From the NCBI GenBank assembly GCA_036785375.1, contig JAWMAR010000460.1, positions 1,488,001 through 1,552,000 of the forward strand: a DNA stretch of 64,000 bases, written 5' to 3'. The first letter of the stretch is position 1, and every line of letters begins with the position of its first letter. This DNA is from Leucoraja ocellata. Taxonomy: Eukaryota. Positions 1 through 13,144 of this stretch are shown one piece after another. The translations under genes were made by a program, and so were the position numbers. The notes below the pieces were generated by a model, which ran no database searches, had not been told where the DNA came from, and saw nothing but the letters and a program-made list of their open reading frames with translations.

Positions 1-2163
1 ACTGAGAAAAAAAACCCTATGCTCTGTAAAATGGTGGTGTCTATGAGATGAAAAAAGAGAAAGGAAAAACAAAAGGATATGGTTCTAAAGCTTCCTCCAG
101 TGCTCCAGATGCTTTCAGTTACCATCGCAATTTTTTTTTAATTGGAATTTAGTGTATTTACGTTGGGAAGGTGGGAAAAAGATGGTTCTTTTTATAATAG
201 TTCCATATATTATAACATCAAAATCTATGTATCATCCAGATAGATATACATAAACTTTTATTGAAGTCATGGTACTTTGTATTAGTACAACATTTTATTG
301 GGAGTTTTGGCTCAAAACATATATTATCAAAACTGTTTGGAATTGAACATAGAAGACAATCTCAACTGGGAGCAGATTCTCATTTACACACTTCCCTTTC
401 TAAAGCTGCATTTCTCTCTCTTGGGTAATGCATTTATCATGATTTTTCCCTCTCCATGTTCTCGGGAATTAAATAAAATTAATGGCACAGGGGGCATTGG
501 GTTCATCATGTTTGTGATGCTTAATAAAAGACACAACTACCTCCCACTTTTTAGTAATAGAAAATCCTGAAGGTCACCACTTTCAACAAAACATCCACAC
601 ACGTTTTTAGTTGGGATGAGGTTTTTTGACCTTGACCCACACTTTCAGGCAAAGATTTTCAGATTAATTTGTGTATTTTCCTCTGCTCTTTTTACCACTA
701 CATGAAATCTTTAGCTCTTGGATTTTGGCCTTCAGTTATAGGAAATAGATCCATCTTACTTATTCTCTTTGAAACTGTTATAATTTCTGCATCTCAAAAT
801 AAGTTTATCCTCAGTCTGCTCACTTAGACGATGCTCATTGTGAATTGCTGACATTCTTCACTGCTGCAATACCTATATGCATTAGGATTCCCCTAACGTT
901 ATAATGTGTAAAGAATGATTCATTTCCCTCGGTTGTGAATTGCAATTCTTTTGACCTTTACCTATAAAGTAATTGCCTGTGCACTTTAGAACACCATAAG
1001 TGCAGCTGTAACCTGTGTAACTGGATGCGAGGGCACATTAAGAGTCATGAAGCAGGTATCTTCAGAAAACATTTGGGAAGGTAAAGGACAATTAGGAATG
1101 TAGCTCAATTGTTCATTGACATGAGACTTCAAGATTTGTTCAAAACTTCCATCCTAAAATATATATTTATCTTGGTTAAAAACATTTGCACTGATGTACT
1201 GTTTCTTTTTGCAGTCTATTTCTTTAACACATTTGCAGATTTTATCTGTAATGTATGGATAATCTATGTTTGAGTTATGTTTTTGTATGTTTGTCTGAGT
1301 CTATATGCCTTTAAAGCTGCTGCAAAGATTTTAATTGTTCCAAATACCTCACCATGTTTGACAATGAACTGGATTTAACTTGACTTCTGCAAATCTATTA
1401 ATCACCAAGATACATATAAACATTGAAGCAAAAGCCATTCTGTAGAATTCTGGAATAAAAGAAGATAATGCTCAAACTGTATAACAATGTTTCTCTCCTC
1501 ATAAGTATAATCAGATTTGTTAATCTACCATGTTTTCCGTTTTTAGTTTGGATGTCGGCACCAGTCAGGTGTAACTATTTAATTTGCTATCACTTCTCTT
1601 ACAGAGATGTTAGTTCTGATGACAAAGCATCGACTTGAAATGTTAGTGATGTCCCTATCCCTATAAACAGTGACTGATATCTTGAATCTTTCCACAATTT
1701 CTTGTTCTCATTTGATATGTTCTCCCCTATTGAGAGATCACATCTTGGGGGGGCCTTCTTTCCTTTGTTGCTTATGATTTCAACCCAAATTATTCCACAT
1801 TTCCATCCACTGCCTCTCAATCACACACAACACGGCTTTGATACTTTCCTTGATAATCAAATCTACGCCGCCTTCTTGCCCTTTTGAACTGTGGTTTTGG
1901 AATATCATGTAAACTTGAGCACTCAGCCCTGGTCACATTGTAACCATGTCTCCTTCGGTAGCTATTGGGTCATACTTAGACATGAATCTCTGTACTGTCA
2001 ATTCATCTGGCGATTGCAAATGCTATGTTCATTCAAATAAAGGCAGTAGAGCTTTGATATTTTGCAGTTTATACAAAATCAAGATTTGATACATGCTGTA
2101 GATTTTGATTTACAATTTTTACCCCAGCCTGTCACATTGCTTGTCAATGTCTCCCCCACTATC

Positions 2164-3292
2164 ATAGAAACATAGAAACATAGAAAATAGGTGCACGAGT
2201 AGGCTATTCGTCCCTTCGAGCCTGCACCGCCATTCAATATGATCATGGCTGATTACCCAACTCAGTATCCCGTACGTGCCTTCTCTCCATACCGCCTGAT
2301 CCCTCTAGCCACAAGGGCCACATCTAACTCCTTCTTAAATATAGCCAATGAACTGGCCTCAACTACCTTCTGTGGCAGAGAGTTCCAGAGATTCACCACT
2401 CTCTGCGTGAAAAATGTTTTTCTCATCTCGGTTCTAAAGGATTTCCCCTCTATCCTTAAGCTGTGACCCCTTGTCCTGGACTTCCCCAACATCGGGGATA
2501 ATCTTCTTGCATCTTTTATTTAATTCCCGAGAACATGGAGAGGGAAAAATCATGATATAGATAATCTTCTTGCATCTAGCCTGTCCAATCCCTTAAGAAT
2601 TTTGTAAGTTTCTATATGATCCCCCCACAATCTCCTAAATTCTAGCGAGTACAATCCGAGTCTATCCAGTCTTTCTTCATATGAAAGTCCTGACATCCCA
2701 GGAATCAGTCTGGTGAACCTTCTCTGCACTCCCTCTATGGCACTAATGTTCTTCCTCAGATTTGGAGACCAAAACTGTACGCAATACTCCAGGTGTGGTC
2801 TCACCAAGACCCTGTACAACTGCAGCAGAACCTCCCTGCTCCTATAATCAAATCCTTTTGCTATGAATGCTATGAATGCCAACATACCATTCACTTTCTT
2901 TACTGCCTGCTGCACCTGCATGTCTACTTTCAATGACTGTTGTACCATGACAACCAGTTCTCATTGAATCTCCCCGTTTCCTAATCGGCCACCATTTAGA
3001 TAATAGTCAGCTTTCCTGTTTTTGCCACCAAAGTGGATAACCTCACAGTTATCCACATTATACCGCATCTGCCATGCATTTTCCCACTCACCCAGCCTAC
3101 CCAAGTAACATTGCAGCCTCATAGCATCCTCCTCACAGCTAACACTGCCCCCCAGCTTCGTGTCATCCGCAAACTTGGAGATGTTGCATTCAATTCGCTC
3201 GTCCAAATCATTAATATATATTGTAAATAGCTGGGATCCCAGCACTGAGCCTTGCGGTACCCCACTAGTCACTGCCTGCCATTCGGAAAGGA
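2164..3292 (-). mobile_element. CR1 (HER1-like) LINE, 5'-truncated: RT C-terminal half plus 3' UTR
   Basis: ORFs 2961-3272 (SGVPQGSVLG...KFADDTKL) and 2550-2948 (RPHLEYCVQFWSP); (TTTCTATG)n-type tail seen as atagaaac repeats at 2164-2185. Confidence 0.95.
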
Positions 3293-4125
3293 CTTCTACT
3301 CCTATCCTGTACCGTAGCTCTCGTATTTCATCTTGACTTGTTAAATGTCCTATTTTGTACCCCTTCCTATCTTATGTTACCAAAAGTCTGATCTTGACCA
3401 CTTCCTGTTGTTCTGTATATTGATTTTAGAAAAAACGCTGCCACTTAGGGCTGTGATTTTTGGCCATCTTACTCAGTCCCCCTCCGCTGCGCAGGACAAG
3501 AGGATTTTTCACATCGATGAAAAATAAAAGAGTTATTAGTGTTTAAAATATTTTGAGATTCTCTCTCCTGAAGGCCACGCCCCTTCCAGAGGAACGATAA
3601 AACCTGGAAGTGTTGAGTGCCTCAGTCAGTCTCTGCAAGATGGGGGAGCAAGTGGGTCATGTCTCTCAGTCTGAGCTGTGAATAACACTGAACACATGTC
3701 TACTAAACTGTGAGTGGTTTTACTTAATATAGTTTGAAAATATAGTTTGGAAATGCTAAAGCTGTGTTGCATTTGGTTTGGAAATGTTAAAGCTGTGATG
3801 ACAAATTAAAGTTGCCTTACCTAATTAAAGTTACCTTGCCTAATTAATGTTGCCTTGCCCAATTAAAGTTGCCTTGCCTTTATATAATTAAAAGTCTAAT
3901 CTTGACCGCTTCCTGTTTGCGCCTTATATTGATTTTAGAAAAAACGCTACCATGTACGGCTGTGAATTTTGGCCATCTTACACAGAGTCCCCTCCGCTCA
4001 TCGGGTGTTGAGGTTTTTCCTGTTGATGAAAAATAAAAGAGTTATTAGTGTTTAAAAATGTTGAGATTCTCTCTCCTGTCAATCATGCCATGAAGGCCGC
4101 CCTTTCTGGTGGGAGGGGAAGGGAC

Positions 4126-4157
4126 TATAAAACCCAGAAGTGTGGGCGTGGCTCAGT
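4126..4157 (+). promoter_or_regulatory. TATA box plus initiator-like motif inside the Helitron-like element
   Basis: TATAAAA at 4126-4132; TCAGT with A at 4155 (29 nt downstream); same spacing in three other copies. Confidence 0.5.
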
Positions 4158-4202
4158 CTGAAAAATGGAGGAGGGAGAGGTCATGACTAGCTGTCTTTAG
4201 TA

Positions 4203-4322
4203 GCCTTGCACCCTGCTTGAAATGGTATGAAACTGCACTTGAATTTGGTGGCCTTGCACCCTGCTTGAAGTGGTAAGAAACTGCACTTGAATTTGGTGGC
4301 CTTGCACCCTGCTTGAAATGGA
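4203..4322. repeat. 48-bp tandem repeat (~2.5 copies)
   Basis: Unit gccttgcaccctgcttgaaatggtatgaaactgcacttgaatttggtg; explains the 16-aa repeat in the spurious ORFs. Confidence 0.9.
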
Positions 4323-5669
4323 ATTTCAAGGAAAAGCCTTGAATCAACTGCCAGCCCTCCAGCCGTGAGTGAGAGAGCTGCCAGCACAACAGGCTTGAGT
4401 GACTGAGCCTCCAGCCCAAGATTCCATTTGGCCCACAATGTGCATACCCGCCGTCTGGAAACCAGTCCCTTCAGCCCATAACACCCATACTTGCAATCCA
4501 GAAAGCCCCACCCCCCCCCCCCCCCCCCCCCCCCCTCACTGGCCACCAATATTGGAATTGGTGGAGAGGTGGAATATTGCGTTGGGGGACCAGCCCTCTC
4601 GTGTGATGCTGGTACCCAACGGGTCCCACTTAGTCTAGTTTAGATTAAAAACCTATCTATAAGCCAAGTTTTCCAATACAGCAGCTCATAGAACCAAGAG
4701 TAGAGGAGTTCATTCAGGTTTCAAGTATAGCAGTGCACAGCATAAGTTGCTGGCTTTTTCAAAGCACGTACACCAGGGAGTTTGGAATGGAGGGCTATAA
4801 TGAATCAGCATACTGTGAGGTAGTGCTAAGGAGGATATGAATGTGACAGTGGAATGGTTATAAAGCAGAAGTGAAGTTTTAACAGGAAGAAAACCTGTGA
4901 AGAGGTATTCGCAGAATTGTTTATCAAAGTAAATATGGTGATGGAACGTGGAGAAATATATGCGATCACTGTTCACACTTAATAGACCAACAGTTTAAAT
5001 TTATTGTCCAGATATGGCTACGGCAACCATAATCATGGTTGACCTGTGATTCTTTGTCACATTGCAAGATTGCAATATGACTCACTGGGTTAAAAAGAGA
5101 CAGGTAAAAAGGTAAATGATTGACAGGGAAGCTTTGAAAATCAATAAAATATAACAGCTTCTGCCAAAGTTCTAAGCTCAGATCTGCCCCAGAAATGAAT
5201 AATTGAAGTAATAAACTGAGGAAATAAAATGATTGGCAGCAATCTCAATTGTTTTCTAACATTACACAAATGTTCAGTAAATGAGTTGAAATTATATTAA
5301 AACATATTTCTTTGGCTTCCTTTCAAGATGTTGAATCTGTTCTCCCTATTATCGTGAATACATGAATTTAGCATGCCTAATTCAGATACTTCACAACACT
5401 CTTTATTCACCCAACATTTCAAGTTGGTTACAGCTCAGATGCACAGCTTTTTTTTACAAATAGCACATGGTGTTAACATGAGGAATTGTGCAAGAAAATA
5501 TTTTGCTTAAAATTTGGACCATTTCTAAAAGGAAGTTAAATTGAGGGCACAGTTAAAACCTATACATATTTATGCTAGTTTAGGTGAGGCATTGGCTTGG
5601 ACTATGATGAGAATGAAAATAAATATGTGTGTTTTGAGTGGGTAGATCGCTCTCACTGGGCCTCATATG

Positions 5670-5810
5670 TTCATAACTTCATGTTATCGGAGCAGAATTA
5701 GGCCATTTGACCTATCAGGTCTATTCCGCCATTCAATCATGGCATCTCTCTCTTCCCCTCTCAACCCCATTTTCCTGTCTTCTCTCCATAACCGCTAACA
5801 CCCATACTAT
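5670..5810 (-). mobile_element. Degenerate CR1-type 3' tail fragment
   Basis: ggccatt...ccgccattcaatcatggc...tctccataacc resembles the CR1 3' UTR at 2190-2300. Confidence 0.6.
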
Positions 5811-7684
5811 TCATACATCTTCCCATACTACTCAGTGGTCTGCACTTGCTGAATTCTTCCTGCATGAAATGCCATCAAGGCTCTTGACCAAAAGGGATTC
5901 TCCAATGGGTTATGGCACAGAGGATGTGTGGAATCTGATGTTCTCTGCTGAAAAGGGTGCAAGGTAGGTTGTGTGAGATGGGACTGTGCTCTGCACTTTA
6001 CTGATTCTAATCTGCACATCTGCTGCATAAGTTAGTGCAGAGAGAACATGCCAGGAGTGACAAGCAGAAATGAAGAGAGTGGCAGTAATCTGCCAGGCAT
6101 GTTTGACTGTAGACATTGGTAATAGCATTCATAAGTAATTATACCTGAACAAAAACACACCTAACATGACCATCACTGTAGCAAAAGGGTAGTAATTCTA
6201 CAATTAATTTCTCCTTCTTTAGAGTCACAATGGAAGCTCTAAACACCCTCCTGAATTTTTGACCAGCTAAAGGTTTGCCAACAGCTGGGTGGAGGTGGAA
6301 AATGGCCGATTTTCCCCTTACATTTTGCAGCCGTGCTGCATGACATGCAATAAATATGCAGCTGGCTATGCGCTCCAACAAGTTTTCTTGTTCAGAGAAA
6401 TGAGACCCTATTTCAACCAGTAACATTTGAAACAACATTGCACAATGAAGATGTATGCCAAACTATATCTTAACATTTCTAAGTGCTGGAACACTTTGTA
6501 TTTGGAGGCGCCAGATCTGATTTCCCAAATTTTGCAATTCGCACATAACAACAGTGCTTTTGCAATTTACTCACAACACATCAATGTTCACATGATTGTG
6601 TTCAAAATCAAAATGCTACTCAATCCAACTTCTAGGTATTTGGCTTACAAATGTTCAAGGAAACTAACACTGCTTGTTCTTCAAGCAAAAATATAGAGCA
6701 AATATATAGAAAGAAGCCAGCAGATTTCGGGTTTACACAGCTCACACAAATGTAACTTGATTAATATACTACACATCTGAACAGATGTTGTCCATTGACT
6801 ATGGCAATATTTAACATATAATGTTTGTAATATTACTGTACGTATCGGACAACTGATTAATAAATTAATCATGAGCACACTTAATTGACTTTGTGTTGGT
6901 GGTTGTACAACTTTCCAATCTACTGTCCTTTTATTGCACAGGTTGCTTCTTCATGTGCTAAAGGCATCACATTTGAACATCAACAAAATTATATCAACCA
7001 CCTTTAGGGCCAAGCAATTTTATCTCCAGATTCTCATTTCAATCCATGGTCTAATTTGAAGTTACTATCAATGATGTCAGGGTGGTGGTCATTGAGTGGG
7101 CACATTAAAAATGCCAGGGTAAACATTGAAATTGTGCTGCAGCACTAGGGGACCTAGGAGACATAGGAAGAAGATTGCTGCCCTTCCTGGCTCTCATGAC
7201 TGACTGAACAAAAAATTGAAAAGACTGTTTTACTTCCTAGGCATCTGCTGACATTGTTCTGTGATTTGTTCATGGAAGCCTTAGTTGATAAAATGTGTAA
7301 CATGGTTCTGATGAGCCGCTGTTTGAACACTGCCTGCTCCTTTCTCATCAAGAAGCAAAAAGCACATATTTATCCCTCCAGCAACTTTCAAGTCCTCAGT
7401 TCAATTGTTAATTTCTCGAATAACCAAACTGAAGTACTCCTCCCGCTATTACATGTTGATTACGTTCATGGGAAAACTGAGGAAACAGTTGGTTCGCTGC
7501 TCAACCATTTTCATCTTTCGTCTCTCCCTTTCTTGCCTGGGTTCCCAGAGTCACTGTTACCTGTTTTGCAAGCTCCTTTGAATTTCACTACCTTTATAAC
7601 AGCAAGTTCTAAAAAATATGTATCCTCTTCCTCCCTCTGCTGTTATTTTTGGATTAATACTCATTTGTATTAACATTTCTCCTA

Positions 7685-7975
7685 ATGCCCCTATCCCACT
7701 TAGGAAACCTGAACAGAAACCTCTGGATACTTTGCGCCCCACCCAAGGTTTCCATGCGGTTCCCAGAGATTCCCGGAGGTTTTTGTCAGTCTCCTAAATG
7801 GTCGAAAGTGGTTTCCGCTTCTTCTATGTTCCGGCGATTATTTAAAAAAATTCAAAACATGCCGCGACTAAAATAGGTTGCCGTTTTAAAAATCGGTAAT
7901 TTTTTATTCAAAGCCGGTTGCGATGCTAGTTGAAGGTGGTTGCCGGAAGTTGCAGGTAGTGGAAGGTAAGACCTC
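7685..7975 (+). mobile_element. PIF/Harbinger-like MITE, left part
   Basis: TAA then TIR TGCCCCT(A/G)TCCCACTTAGGAAACC; homologous to 40665-41029 and 60032-60112, which end in GGGGCA followed by TAA/TTA. Confidence 0.7.
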
Positions 7976-8044
7976 CTTGGTGGAATAAAACTGGGTGAAA
8001 AAAAGGTATTTTCTTACATCCAGAACATTTTCTTACATCTAGCT

Positions 8045-8150
8045 CCCCCCCCCCCCCCCCCACCCAACCCCCTCTACTTTCAGTCTGAAGAGATGTTTCA
8101 ACCCTAAATGTAACCCATCCTTTTCTCTCCAGAGATGCTGCTACTGACAT
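8045..8150 (+). mobile_element. Degenerate Penelope-derived short element (hammerhead-like remnant)
   Basis: cagtctgaagag...ccatcc...tccagagatgctgc. Confidence 0.6.
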
Positions 8151-8480
8151 TTACAAGTACTAGGTTAATGTGAATGATATTAATTTATTGCCAGCAATCT
8201 CACTTCATCAACACCATAACCATTTCAAAGATTGAAAGCTGCAATGTTGTATGTTTACAACTTTCACTGGTATTTGGAAATCATTAATTCCACACATTTA
8301 TTTCCAGAGGTTGGTTGAAATTAATCTTATGTATATTCCTTTGAAGCCATTAGATTATTATTTTAACTGTTTTTCAGTGATTTTAATTTATGTGTAGAAA
8401 TGGACATAGTCAATAAAAATATTTTTATTTATGTAGATCTACATTTTTTTGTAGTATTGAATTAGGGGTGATCTTATCAA

Positions 8481-8770
8481 AACATATAAGATCTCTAGGA
8501 GGCAATGACAAGGTAGATGTCAATGTGTTTCCACTGGTAGGGGAATCTCGAATGAGCAGATGTAGTTACAAGGTCAGGAGGCCTTATAAATTCCTTCTTT
8601 TTTCTGATAGAAGGGGCTAGTGGATTCAAGGGATATGGGGAGATGATGGGTATGGGTTATTGATTGGGGACGATCAGCCATGATCACAATGAATGGCGGT
8701 GCTGGCTCGAAGGGCCGAATGGCCTCCTCCTGCACCTATTTTCTATGTTTCTATGTTTCTGTTTCTATGA
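8481..8770 (+). mobile_element. CR1 LINE 3' end
   Basis: gatcagccatgatcac...ggcctcctcctgcacct followed by (tttctatg)n tail. Confidence 0.85.
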
Positions 8771-10873
8771 GGCAGTCACTTAACACAGGAATGACTTATC
8801 GAGGATGTAAAATCTCTACACCCCAGAGTTGTGGAAGCAAGACATTTAATGGTGAAATAATTACATTTTTGCAATATCATGGAACTTTGGAAATTGATAG
8901 GCTTGAGGAGTGGAAGCTTGGGACAGATCAGTCGTGAACATATTGAAGAGCAGGGCAAGCCTAACCTACTGCAAGTCGAATGACCTTTTGCAGCTTCATT
9001 TTCTTAAGCCCATTTTCAATTACTTCCGGCATTAGACTTGTTTTCGACCTGTAGAGTAGTACAGCATAGAACATGAATGAATCCGATTTGGATTCATACA
9101 TAGACCCAAATTTTGCAGAATAAGATCAAGCTCTATAGTCCAATATTTTGCAAGCTCTTCTGTGGTCATTGGCCTTTTTAATCTTGATTATTCTGTTACA
9201 TTTGAGAGAACCTTTATAAGATGGCACAGCCGGGTCCAGTCGCCGTTGTGGTAGCTCCGTAGAGATTGTGCATTTTTTTAACTTGTATGTACATTTTAAA
9301 TTTATTTCTTACTAGTAACACTTAGCACTAACAATGTACGATCGGAAAACACTCTTAAAACAAAAGTTTGGCGTAATCCAAGGCTTTTTAGACATGTTAC
9401 TCACCGATCCAGCATGGCCGGCAGAGGTCACAAGAGCCCACCGCGGCAACAACAATGGGAGCGAAGCTCTGGGAAAATGTCAGAGAAAACAGCAAGGTAA
9501 GCGCGGGGGAATTGGCTGAGAGCCCAAGTCTTCCGTCCACCTCAGCCCAGCATTCTTCTGGCTAACGTCCAGTCCCTGGATAACAAGTTGGATGACCTCA
9601 GGGCGAGGATCAGATTCCAGCGGGACATTAGAGACTGCAACATCTTCTGCCTGACCGAGACATGGCTGACCCCGCTGGTGCCAGATCAGGTCATCTGCCC
9701 AACTGAGTCCTTCACTGTTTGCCGTGCGGACAGAACAGAAGAATCCGGGAAATCAAAGGGTGGAGGGGTTTCCTTCATGACCAACAATAACAGGTACAAC
9801 CCTAGGAATATTAAGACACTTTCTCATTCCTGCTCGCCGGTCCTGGAGCATCTGAATATCTCATTCCGTCCACTTCACCTTCCTCGGGATTTCAGCTCAG
9901 TGATCATCACAGCCGTCTACATACCACCACATGCGGACACCGATGTGGCACTATCGGCCCTACACAATGTGTTATGTTGGCACTAAAACATGAACCCTGA
10001 TGCGGCTATGATGGTGGCTGAAGATTTTAATAAGGCAAATTTCAAAAAGGTCATGCCTAACTTCTGCCAACATATCACGTGTGTCACCAGGGGGGAAATA
10101 ACTTTGGACCACTGCTACATGCCATTGAGGAAAGGCTACAAGGCCGTTTCTCTCCCTCAGTTTGGAAAATCTGAACACATTGCCATTTTCCTGCAGTCGG
10201 AGTAGAAACAACGGACAGTACGGGAAGCGGCAATGAGGAGGAATGTAAAGCAGTGGGCTGACCATTCAGAGGCCACGCTGCATGATGTACTGAGCGATGT
10301 AAACTGGAATATGTTCCAAGCAAGTTACAGAGACCTCTGTGAGTTTGCGGAAACAATAGCCGATAACATCATTCCCACGGTAAGGGTTAGCATCTTTCCT
10401 AATCAAAAACCCTGGGTGGACAGGTCCATTCGCATTGCCTTGAATGCTCGCACCGCTGCTTACAACTCTGGCCTGGCATCCGGCAATATGGATGATTACA
10501 AGGCAGAGTCCTACAGACAGCGAAGGGTGGTGAAGGAGGCGAAAAGGAGGTACAGGGACAGGATGGAGCAGCCAGACAGACGCCTTTGGCAGGAGCTATG
10601 GACTATAACTAACTACCAGAGCAGCCCCTGCCCTCAACCACCTCTGGTGTCTGGATAACTGCCTGCTATTGAATGTCACAATAACTAAGGAGCTGATTGT
10701 GAACTTTAGAAGGCCTCAACATCCGAGGACGTACACGCCACTGGAGATAAATGGGACTACTGTGGATAGGATGAGCAGCTTTAAATACCTGGGTGTCCAC
10801 ATCACAAAGGATCTGACATGGACAACACACACTGCCGCACTGGTGAGTAAGGCAAAGCAACGCCTTTACAACC

Positions 10874-10948
10874 TCAGATTCAGATTCAGATTCAGATTCA
10901 ATTTTAATTGTCATTGTCAGTGTACAGTACAGAGACAACGAAATGCAT
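10874..10948 (-). mobile_element. Short 3'-tail insertion with (TGAATC)n tail, nested in the Rex1/Babar element
   Basis: 10907-10948 is the exact reverse complement of 54490-54531, the tail of the CORE-type SINE. Confidence 0.8.
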
Positions 10949-11336
10949 ATCAGGCAGCTGAGGAAATTCAGAGTCTCTCTGAGGATCCTTCAGTGCTTCT
11001 ACTCTGGGGCTGTAGAAAGCATCTTGTCCAGCAACATCTCAATCTGGTTTGGGAACAGCTCTGCCCAGACAGGAAGGCTCTGCAGAGAGTAGTGCGTTCA
11101 GCCAAACGCACTATGGGAACTACACTCACCCCCTGCAGGACATATACACCAGGAGGTGCTGATCCAGAGCCAGCAACATAATGAGGGACCCCTACCACCC
11201 CAGCAATGAACTTTTCCAGCTGCTATGATCAGTCAAGCCTCTGCTGTCACACTGTGAAAAAAGAGAGGATGAGACGGAGTTTCTACCCACAGGCCTTCAG
11301 GACCATAAACTCTTATCTCACCAGGGACTAATTTAC

Positions 11337-11368
11337 GTCTGAAGAAGGGTTTAGGCCCGAAACGTTAC
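11337..11368 (+). ncRNA. Minimal type-I hammerhead-like ribozyme motif
   Basis: CUGAAGA-A-GGGU(UUAG)GCCC-GAAACGUU; stem I only ~2 bp (GU/AC), so activity is uncertain. Confidence 0.55.
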
Positions 11369-11428
11369 CTATTTCCTTCGCTCCATAGATGCTGCTGCAC
11401 CCGCTGAGTTTCTCCAGCTTTTTTGTGT
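11337..11428 (+). mobile_element. 92-bp Penelope-derived element with 17-bp TSD
   Basis: accagggactaatttac at 11320-11336 and 11429-11445; body matches the PLE 3' terminus at 24980-25070. Confidence 0.9.
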
Positions 11429-12276
11429 ACCAGGGACTAATTTACTGTTGTGTTATGTCTAAATTAATTTTTTTTTCAAAAATGTAAATACTGGTTCTGT
11501 TATATTCTGTTCTGTTGTTCTGTTGTTTTTTCACAATCTGTAGGCATTGCCACTTTCATTTCACTGCACATCTTGTATGTGTATGTTACAAATAAAGTTG
11601 ACGACTTGACTTGAAAAGCACTTCTCCCATCGATAGTTATTCGGTAGTTCTCCTGCATGCTATTCTCCGATTTTAATTATCTTCCACAGTAAATTTATGT
11701 AAGTATTGCTTTATTTCAATTGTCCCTTTACTTCACCCACACATAAACCTCTGGGCCTCTGCACTATATGCAGTAAACAAGCAGTACTGTTCCCTTCAAC
11801 TAGCACAATATTGTCAAATGAAAAATAAATAGGAAAATAAATAATCTGTAAAGCAAGTTGCAGTTGCAATATCAAATAAATAATTCTGGTTCATTCTAAG
11901 GTCATGACAAATTAAAATATGATATTTGAAGAAGCCAGCGGTTTTTATCCATCAATGGCTCAGTAAATCAATGAGATGTATGAAAAGTTTGGATTTCTCA
12001 GCTCCATTGAGCATCTGTTCTCTGTTTGAAAATATAATGTCAGCCTTATTTGTTAATTTGTGGCAGAAATAACTGTTGACTTTAACTTTGAAAATATTTT
12101 AAACTATTCAGGAATTTAACAACTATAATTAATAGAAAATATCACAGTTCATCTACAGTATGAAAGTTGTGGGAATTTGCAAACCATCTGCACTTTGCAA
12201 TGGATTGTTCAGAATGGAGCATTAACGTGTTATCTCAATCCGTGTAATAGTCAAACTCAAAACATATACTTCAGAC

Positions 12277-12720
12277 CACTGGATAGACTCGGCTTGTACT
12301 CGCTAGAATTTAGAAAATTGAGGGGGGATCTTATAGAAACTTACACAATTTTTAAGGGGTGTGCAGGCTAGATGCAGGAAGATTGTTCCCGATGTTGGGG
12401 AAGTCCAGAACAAGGAGTCTCAGTTTAAGGATCAAGGGGAAATCTTTAGGGACTGAGATGAGAAAAACATTTTTTACACAGAGAGTGGTGAATCTCTGGA
12501 ATTCTCTGCCACAGAATGTAGTTGAGGCCAGTTCATTGGCTATATTTAAGAGGGAGTTAGATGTGGCCCTTATGGCTAAAGGGATTAGGGGGTATGGAGA
12601 GAAAGCAGGTACAGGATACTGAGTTGGATGATCAGCCATGATCATATTGAATGGCGGTGCAGGCTTGAGGGGCCGAATGGCCTATTCCTGCATCTATTTT
12701 CTATGTGTCTATGTTTCTAT
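12277..12720 (+). mobile_element. CR1 LINE 3' end
   Basis: LDRLGLYSLEFR...FFTQRVVNLWNSLP; (tttctatg)n tail. Confidence 0.95.
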
Positions 12721-13144
12721 AACTTCTTAATGTTGTATTGACAAAAAGGACAATATTATTTTGCAATATATTCTTTCCATTTTCATTGCAAATACTACAC
12801 CAAATAATTTACCCTTTATTGAAACCAGTTTCTTTATTGTCAACTGCAGATGGCTGTCTTATTTGATCACAGAATTTATCGTTAAGGAAATAATCATGAT
12901 TCAACAGAAGTGTAAAATTAGTTTTAGTTTATTCCTATCTGTAAACAAATCATTTTAAAATATGATTATACATACAAGCTGTCTGATTCAAATGATGAAA
13001 ATGTGTGTGTAAATAATGGCATACTAATAAATATTCTAAGGCATGTGATGGCAGTCTGGGATCTGGGCCATCAATGTCTGCATTATGATTGTTCACCATA
13101 ATACTGATGCAAGTGCCTAGCACTTCAATATTGGAAAGATTGAG

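Larger units (their letters stand above)
3370..4638 (+). mobile_element. Non-autonomous Helitron-like element with two tandem 5' modules and internal minisatellites
   Basis: A|TC 5' end at 3370; subterminal hairpin GGTACCC-AAC-GGGTCCC at 4611-4627; CTAG 3' end at 4635-4638 followed by T; second 5' module (tatataattaaaagtc) at ~3881. Confidence 0.8.
9205..11613 (+). mobile_element. Rex1/Babar-type LINE, internally deleted (APE endonuclease and C-terminus kept, RT core missing)
   Basis: ORFs 9588-9986 (CLTETWL, GGGV, AVYIPP), 9990-10205 (EDFN, LDHCY), 10233-10658 (FPNQKPW), then a jump to TKELIVNFRR/FKYLGVHI at 10669; tail aataaa(gactt)n. Confidence 0.85.

Noticed and set aside
4509-4535. Poly-C/poly-G runs as functional G-quadruplexes (also ~19672, ~24677, ~31553, ~43322)
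   Set aside because: Homopolymers mostly within TEs; lengths are unreliable and there is no evidence of function
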